This document shows, piece after piece, positions 58,701 to 64,000 of a stretch of 64,000 nucleotides of DNA. The number at the start of each line of letters is the position of its first letter. Position 1 is the stretch's first letter. Source of the DNA: Minisyncoccota bacterium (GTDB taxonomy: Bacteria; Patescibacteriota; Minisyncoccia; Phycocordibacterales; UBA12079); NCBI GenBank assembly GCA_023140255.1, contig JAGLLX010000001.1, positions 27,861-91,860 of the forward strand, in the 5' to 3' direction. The position numbers and the translations under genes were made by a program. The notes beneath the pieces were generated by a model. It ran no database searches. It was not told the origin of the DNA and saw nothing but the letters and a program-made list of their open reading frames with translations.

Positions 58701-59594
58701 ATGAAAGGTTTAAAACAATTAAAAAATGAGTTTCTGGAATATCTAGAGATTGAAAAAGGGCGAAGTCTTAAAACTGTTGAGAATTATGATCGCTACTTAA
58801 GTCGTTTTTTGGGTTATCTAGAATCAGACTTCCCTTCTGCTATTACTGATGAAAAAATGAGAAAGTATCGTTTATGGTTAAATCGTCAACCAACTGGAAA
58901 TAATTCAGAAACATTAAAAAAGAGAACTCAGAATTATTATTTAATCGCTTTACGAGGTTTTTTAAAATATTTAGTCAAAAGAGAAATAAAATCTTTTGCT
59001 CCAGAAAAAATAGAACTAGCTAAAGTCGGAGAAAGGTCTTTAGATTTAATTTCGGCAGAAGAATTAAAAAGATTATTAAATATATCAAAAGGAAAAGATT
59101 TAAAAGATTTAAGAGACAAAGCTATTTTAGAATTACTCTATTCTACAGGATTAAGAGTTTCAGAATTATGTGCTTTAAATTCTGATATTGATTTAAGAAA
59201 AGATGAAATGTCAGTTCGCGGAAAAGGAGATAAGGTACGAGTGGTTTTCTTTTCTCATTCAGCCAAAAAAGCAATTAAAGAATATCTTGATGCAAGAAAA
59301 GATATGGACGAAGCTTTGTTTACTTCATTGAGTAAAGATAAAGCTAGTCGTTTAACTACAAGGTCTGTGGAGAGATTAGTTAAACAATTAGCCATTAAAG
59401 CTGGGATTACAAAGAAGGTTACTCCCCATATTATTAGGCATTCCTTCGCTACTGACTTGTTAGAGAATGGGGCTGATTTAAGATCAGTGCAAATGATGTT
59501 GGGTCATTCTGATATCTCTACTACTCAAATTTATACCCATATGACAGATAAACATTTAAAAGATATACATAAAAAATTTCATAATAAGAAATAA
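58701..59594 (+). CDS. xerC: Tyrosine recombinase XerC/XerD family
   Basis: N-terminal SAM-like domain; catalytic R..HxxR..Y (HIIRHSFAT ... TQIYTH). Confidence 0.85.
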   Translation: MKGLKQLKNEFLEYLEIEKGRSLKTVENYDRYLSRFLGYLESDFPSAITDEKMRKYRLWLNRQPTGNNSETLKKRTQNYYLIALRGFLKYLVKREIKSFAPEKIELAKVGERSLDLISAEELKRLLNISKGKDLKDLRDKAILELLYSTGLRVSELCALNSDIDLRKDEMSVRGKGDKVRVVFFSHSAKKAIKEYLDARKDMDEALFTSLSKDKASRLTTRSVERLVKQLAIKAGITKKVTPHIIRHSFATDLLENGADLRSVQMMLGHSDISTTQIYTHMTDKHLKDIHKKFHNKK

Positions 59595-59655
59595 TTGGTT
59601 AGGGTCATTGCGAGATTTTTATTTAATTCAAACAAAAATCATGGCAATCTAAAAT

Positions 59656-59955
59656 ATGATATATTCTAAAATTCCATGTGTCTATATACTTACAAATAAG
59701 AAAGATGGGGTCTTGTATACTGGAGTAACTAGTAATTTAGAAAAAAGAATTTTTGAACATAAAAATAAATTAGTTTCTGGTTTTAGTAAAAAATATAATT
59801 TACATATTTTAGTTTATTACGAACAAGGGGAAGATATGACAAGTGTTATTTATAGAGAAAAACAAATTAAATCTGGTTCAAGAGAAAAAAAGATCAAGTT
59901 AATTATAAAGATAAACCCAGAATGGAAAGATTTATCAAAAAACTTATTTATTTAG
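59656..59955 (+). CDS. GIY-YIG nuclease superfamily protein (UPF0213-like)
   Basis: CVYILTNKKDGVLYTGVTSNLEKRIFEHK. Confidence 0.8.
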   Translation: MIYSKIPCVYILTNKKDGVLYTGVTSNLEKRIFEHKNKLVSGFSKKYNLHILVYYEQGEDMTSVIYREKQIKSGSREKKIKLIIKINPEWKDLSKNLFI

Positions 59956-60273
59956 ATTGCTTCGTCATTTCGCTATCGCTCTATTCCTCGCAATGACGGT
60001 GACGGTTTGTTAGATTTAATATTAGCAGAGGTAGGTTAAAAATTTTAATAATGTTATAAAAGACATTTTTAAGTTATCCACATTGTGTCCTTTACAATGT
60101 CCTTTATATAAATTATCATAAAGGACAGTTAGTTCTTTGAAAATTTTAGATTTGTTTTTTGTTCTTTATAGATGTGTTTAAAAGGAAACCTCTGTTTTCT
60201 TTTGTAAAAGTGTTTGGCTCTCGTTCATTAATTTGTTCGGGGGCCTTTTTAATTCTAAAGAGATAGGTAATTT

Positions 60274-60304
60274 AAAAACAGACCATTAGGTCTGTTTTTT
60301 ATTT
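60274..60304. terminator. Hairpin terminator after cca
   Basis: AAAAACAGACC-ATTA-GGTCTGTTTTTT. Confidence 0.55.
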
Positions 60305-61780
60305 TTATTTAACATGATGTTTGTCTCTAATTTCCTTCAACTCTTTTTCTTCTTGAGCGGTTTTCTTTTCTATGCCTTTTTGACTTAATTGTATTAATTC
60401 TTTTTCTGATAATTTTATAAGTTCAAGAGTCTTTGTTTCTAGATATTCTTCGGTGTTTAGTTTAGGGTTATCTAAGACTTCTTCCATTAAAGCATTTAAA
60501 ACTAAGCCTATTTTAGGTCCTGGTTTTTCATTTATTATCTCCATAATACGATTCCCGTTTATTTTAAGCATTTTTACAGAAACAGGGTCTTTCATAGCTT
60601 CTTCTATCATAGCCATGTATTTTCTTAGTCTATAAGGCTTTTCTTTAGGTACACCCATTCCTATTCTATCGCAAGTTCTTAATTTCATTAAATCCCATAC
60701 GTTTTCAGGTCCTACATTAGCTATAATTCGTCTTACAGCTGATAAAGTAATCTGATCAATATCTGAAAAGAATAAGTGATTTCTTACTAATTTAGGAACA
60801 ACGTCTATTATTTTTCCAGAAAACTTTAATCTTTTTAATATTTCACGAGAAACTCTTTCGCCCACTACATCATGTCCGTAAAAAGTCCACTCCTTTTTTT
60901 CTTTATGCCATCTTTTTGTGTGTGGCTTGGCTATATCATGTAATAAAGCGGATAAACGAAGGTGTAAGGGCATTTCTTTGTCTGCTGAGTGCTGCAAGGT
61001 TCTTAAGTTGTGCTCCCAAATAGTATAAATATGGGCTCCTTTTTGTTTTTCATCCATTCCCATCTCTAATTCAGGCATAATATATTTCAAAAGTCCTAGT
61101 TTTTGGCTTAAAATAACACCGTCCATAGGGTTTTTAGACATTATAATCTTTGTAAATTCATCTCTAATTCTTTCTTGAGAGATATTTTCTAGGTTATTAG
61201 AAAATTTGATAATAGATTTTTGGGTTTCAATTTCTATTGAAAAATCTAATTCAGTAGCAAAACGCACAGCTCGTAGTATTCTTAAGGTATCTTCATTAAA
61301 TCTATCTTCAGAATTCCCTACTGTTTTTATGATTTTGTCTTTTAAGTCTTTTTGTCCGTTATATAAATCAACCAATGTTTCAGATGAAACATTATAAGCT
61401 ATCGCATTTATAGTAAAATCACGTCTTTTCAAGTCATCTTCTAGTTTATCGCTAAAAATAACAGTATCTGGGTGTCTTTCGTCAGAATAAGCACTTTCTA
61501 AACGATATGGGGTTACTTCTATTGTTTTGAGTGTTTCGTCTAATGTTTCATCTGAAACAATTCCTACTGTTCCAAAGGGGTTTTCATAAAAAGTATGCTC
61601 AAAAAGCTCTTGAATTTCTTCTGGTTTTGCATTTGTAGTAACATCCCAATCTTTCGGGGTTCTTTCTAAAAGAAGATCCCTCACACAACCACCAACTAAA
61701 TAAGCCTCGAAACCAGCTTTTTCGAGAGTTAATGTTACATGTGTAACTTCTTTTGGGATTTTTGTTTGTATATTTTCCAT
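60305..61780 (-). CDS. cca: CCA-adding tRNA nucleotidyltransferase / poly(A) polymerase family with HD domain
   Basis: GGCVRDLLL...DWD head motif; HD domain (LHDIAKP). Confidence 0.8.
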   Translation of the reverse strand: MENIQTKIPKEVTHVTLTLEKAGFEAYLVGGCVRDLLLERTPKDWDVTTNAKPEEIQELFEHTFYENPFGTVGIVSDETLDETLKTIEVTPYRLESAYSDERHPDTVIFSDKLEDDLKRRDFTINAIAYNVSSETLVDLYNGQKDLKDKIIKTVGNSEDRFNEDTLRILRAVRFATELDFSIEIETQKSIIKFSNNLENISQERIRDEFTKIIMSKNPMDGVILSQKLGLLKYIMPELEMGMDEKQKGAHIYTIWEHNLRTLQHSADKEMPLHLRLSALLHDIAKPHTKRWHKEKKEWTFYGHDVVGERVSREILKRLKFSGKIIDVVPKLVRNHLFFSDIDQITLSAVRRIIANVGPENVWDLMKLRTCDRIGMGVPKEKPYRLRKYMAMIEEAMKDPVSVKMLKINGNRIMEIINEKPGPKIGLVLNALMEEVLDNPKLNTEEYLETKTLELIKLSEKELIQLSQKGIEKKTAQEEKELKEIRDKHHVK

Positions 61781-61812
61781 AATATTAATGTTTCAGATGA
61801 AACTTTTTTGTG

Positions 61813-61833
61813 TAAATTTGTGTCCCCGGCAGT
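61813..61833. repeat. Displaced copy of tRNA-Arg(TCG) 3' end plus flank (att-like direct repeat)
   Basis: TAAATTTGTGTCCCCGGCAG identical to 62021..62040. Confidence 0.5.
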
Positions 61834-62027
61834 TCGGTCACAGGTTTCTAAATGAAATATTTCGCTATGGCTCATATTTCATTAAGAACCTTCGACCCCG
61901 TCTCATTATCGTTCCGTTTCTTTCGCTATCGCTCAGGAATACTCACGATATGCTCTGATTTTCGAATCCTGACGAAAGCAAAGAGATTTGCTTTCTCCGG
62001 AAACACAAATTTACTCCATAAATTTGT

Positions 62028-62099
62028 GTCCCCGGCAGGATTCGAACCCGCAATAACGGTTCCGAAGACCGTTGTGATATCCATTTCACCACAGGGACA
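62028..62099 (-). tRNA. tRNA-Arg (anticodon TCG)
   Basis: GTCCCTGTGGTGAAATGGATATCAC... ; anticodon loop CTTCGGA; T-loop TTCGAAT. Confidence 0.75.
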
Positions 62100-62197
62100 T
62101 ATAAGTATATATTATACACTATTACCTTTTAAAACAAAGTTTTGTGTTTTTATTTAAATATGATAAAATAGTCATTGTTATATAAAATAAAAGTTCC

Positions 62198-62268
62198 GCG
62201 GGTATAGTTTAGTGGTAGAACAACTGCCTTCCAAGCAGTAAACGAGAGTTCGATTCTCTCTACCCGCA
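62198..62268 (+). tRNA. tRNA-Gly (anticodon TCC)
   Basis: GCGGGTATAGTTTAGTGGTAGAAC... ; anticodon loop CTTCCAA. Confidence 0.85.
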
Positions 62269-62321
62269 CAAAATACTTAAAAATACCCAGAAAGATACAT
62301 AGTATTTTCGCAAGGTATTTT

Positions 62322-62389
62322 TAGTGGTAGAACAACTGCCTTCCAAGCAGTAAACGAGAGTTCGATTCTCTCTACCCGCACAAAATACA
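62322..62389 (+). repeat. 5'-truncated duplicate of tRNA-Gly(TCC) (positions about 13-73 + 3' flank)
   Basis: 68-bp identity to 62210..62277, including downstream CAAAATAC. Confidence 0.6.
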
Positions 62390-62402
62390 AAAAACAAAAA
62401 AC

Positions 62403-62434
62403 AAAAAACAAGGCATTTGCCTTGTTTTTTGTTT
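62403..62434 (+). terminator. Hairpin terminator preceded by (AAAAACA)3
   Basis: AAAAAACAAGGC-ATTT-GCCTTGTTTTTT. Confidence 0.55.
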
Positions 62435-62914
62435 AAATAATGTTTCATCTGAAACATTTAAGAACTTTAGCTGTGTATAATTGTGGATAAAACAGTGGAT
62501 AAAATGATAACTTGACCTTTAAAATTTTAGTGTTTTTTATAAGATATTTGTCTTTTTTAGATTAAATATGGTTTGATTAAAGGGTTTATATAAAAGTCTT
62601 GTAAAAAGGACAGATAATTTAAAATGTAAAAAATTGTAAAATAATGCTTTATAAACAAAAAATAATCTATCTTTAGTTATTAAAGAAAAGTTACTAAAAA
62701 TCTTAAAATTGTTTATATTTATGATTTATTTGCATTAAATAAAGATATGTTACTAAGTAACATAGTGCTACTATATAATAAATTTAAGAAATAAATATAA
62801 AAGCAGTGCTTGGAGTGCTGATTTGTAGATTAGTGCTCTTCTCAAAGTCATTAGATCATTTATTATTTAAATTATATTTTATTAGATATTTTAATATTGG
62901 TGTATAATTAAAAT

Positions 62915-63376
62915 ATGACCAAAACTTACAAAAGAAAAATAGGAGATTATGGTGAAGAATTAGCTTCTAAATTTTTAAAAAGAAAAGGTTTAAAAATTCA
63001 AGATAGAAATTATTTAAAAAAATGGGGTGAAATAGATATCATAGCTGTTAAGAAAAAAGGGTTTTTATGGCGAGAAATAGAGAAATTACATTTTATAGAA
63101 GTAAAAACAGTTTCATGTGAAACTAGACAGGGAACTAATAAAGAAATAATAGATGATTATTTACTAAGTGATAATATCCATGGTTGGAAATTACAACGAT
63201 TAAAAAGAGTTTTTCAGACATATTTAAGAGATGAAGATGTTTCAGATGAAACAAATTGGCAATTTGATATAATAATCGTCTTTATAAATCTAAAGGACAT
63301 TTCTATAAAGGACACAAATAAGCAGTATTCAGGTAAAAATTATTATATTGAGTATATAGAAGATGTTATTGTTTAA
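62915..63376 (+). CDS. YraN-family (UPF0102) endonuclease-fold protein
   Basis: GDYGEELASKFLKRKGLKI ... EIDIIAV ... FIEVKT motifs. Confidence 0.7.
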   Translation: MTKTYKRKIGDYGEELASKFLKRKGLKIQDRNYLKKWGEIDIIAVKKKGFLWREIEKLHFIEVKTVSCETRQGTNKEIIDDYLLSDNIHGWKLQRLKRVFQTYLRDEDVSDETNWQFDIIIVFINLKDISIKDTNKQYSGKNYYIEYIEDVIV

Positions 63377-63467
63377 ATAACAACAGGTACTTGATTGTTT
63401 TTATAATTTAATGTATAGTATTCCACAGGTTATACGTTCTTTTAATATTTTAAAAGAGGTGAAGGAA

Positions 63468-64000
63468 GATGAAAATGAGAAAGATTTTTACATTGGTTAT
63501 GGTGATGTTTATTCTTGGAATTTTTACAACCACAGTATTTGCCGGATCCCTGAAAACAGAGATGAATAACGTAAACTGGGTAAGGGCTGAACAAGGTATT
63601 CAGCTGAACGAAAGAGATTCAGAAATACCTAATGTAATGGATGACGTAACAGAAATAATTGTTTCTCCTATTGATGCTTGGTTTGGGTGGTGCCAAAGTA
63701 AGAGTGGGGAGTGTGAAATAAGTTTTTTCATTAATGAGGTTCCTGCTAGAGGTAATGTTTGTCTTATTGTTAATGGAGAACGAGTTTCGCAGATAACACC
63801 TACAAGGACTAAATCATTAAGAAGTAGTTTCAAGATTGTTCTTCATCAGGAAGTTCAAGGGGGTGTTATTGTTAGCGCTCCGGGGGAGTATAGTTTAGAA
63901 CTACAGGTTTGTGAAAGGGGGAAAAGAGAATGTTCATCGTATAAACAGACGATATTTATACCAAGTATTCAAGTTTATTTATCTTCTGTTTGTCAAAACA
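63468..64000 (+). CDS. Secreted hypothetical protein, 3'-truncated by window end (GC-elevated)
   Basis: SD AAAGAGGTGAAGGAAG; signal peptide MKMRKIFTLVMVMFILGIFTTTVFA; ORF open to 64000; not in the track because no stop. Confidence 0.4.

Noticed and set aside
61852-62157. 101-aa plus-strand ORF, and the 65-aa ORF at 62260..62457
   Set aside because: Both span tRNA-Arg(TCG) / tRNA-Gly sequences and hairpin terminators; no SD; artefacts of the low-complexity tRNA region.
63293-63320. Repeated AAAGGACA motif inside yraN resembling the GTCCTTTA repeats at 60088..60132
   Set aside because: Within the coding region it reflects a repeated K-D-I/T peptide (LKDISIKDT); likely a coding coincidence rather than a binding site.
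1-64000. Alternative genetic code (UGA = Gly or Trp), as in some CPR lineages
   Set aside because: Long conserved genes (polA 806 aa, PBP1A 833 aa, pnp 700 aa, uvrD 660 aa) are intact with TGA treated as stop, and several genes end on TGA (for example island gene D), so the standard bacterial code fits.
1-64000. CRISPR array or cas genes
   Set aside because: No series of regularly spaced identical direct repeats with unique spacers. The repeats present are palindromic or inverted, or are duplicated promoter modules separated by genes.

Overview
AT-rich (roughly 30% GC) chromosomal segment. The gene style (many short genes, numerous hypothetical proteins with an N-terminal membrane anchor, a short YidC, a tail-extended L19, standard code with TGA stops) suggests a small-genome Patescibacteria/CPR-like bacterium (inference).

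Core content:
- Replication-origin neighbourhood: rpmH | rnpA-yidC-jag, then dnaA-dnaN with DnaA boxes and an AT-rich spacer.
- ruvA ... ruvB-yebC-ruvC, polA-tsaE, pilB, PBP1A, uvrD/pcrA, a LysM-M23 peptidase, comM, dksA/traR-like, pnp-rpsO, rsmA, cca, xerC, and a GIY-YIG gene.
- Eight tRNA genes, including three tRNA-Arg isoacceptors (TCT/GCG/TCG).

Accessory content:
- An 11-gene type IV secretion-like operon (30180-41818) with VirB4, a VirB6/TrbL-like protein and a pilin-like protein.
- Between rpsO and xerC, a GC-elevated island (55.4-58.3 kb) of small cysteine-rich proteins, one unannotated 39-aa membrane peptide and a FISUMP-domain protein. A near-identical ~165-bp promoter/leader module precedes three of these genes, and the whole island is embedded in terminators and palindromic repeats.
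- Several families of short palindromic repeats, a MITE-like element with perfect 25-bp terminal inverted repeats, and tRNA 3'-end duplications (Arg-TCG, Gly-TCC) that look like integration scars.

No rRNA genes and no CRISPR array were seen.
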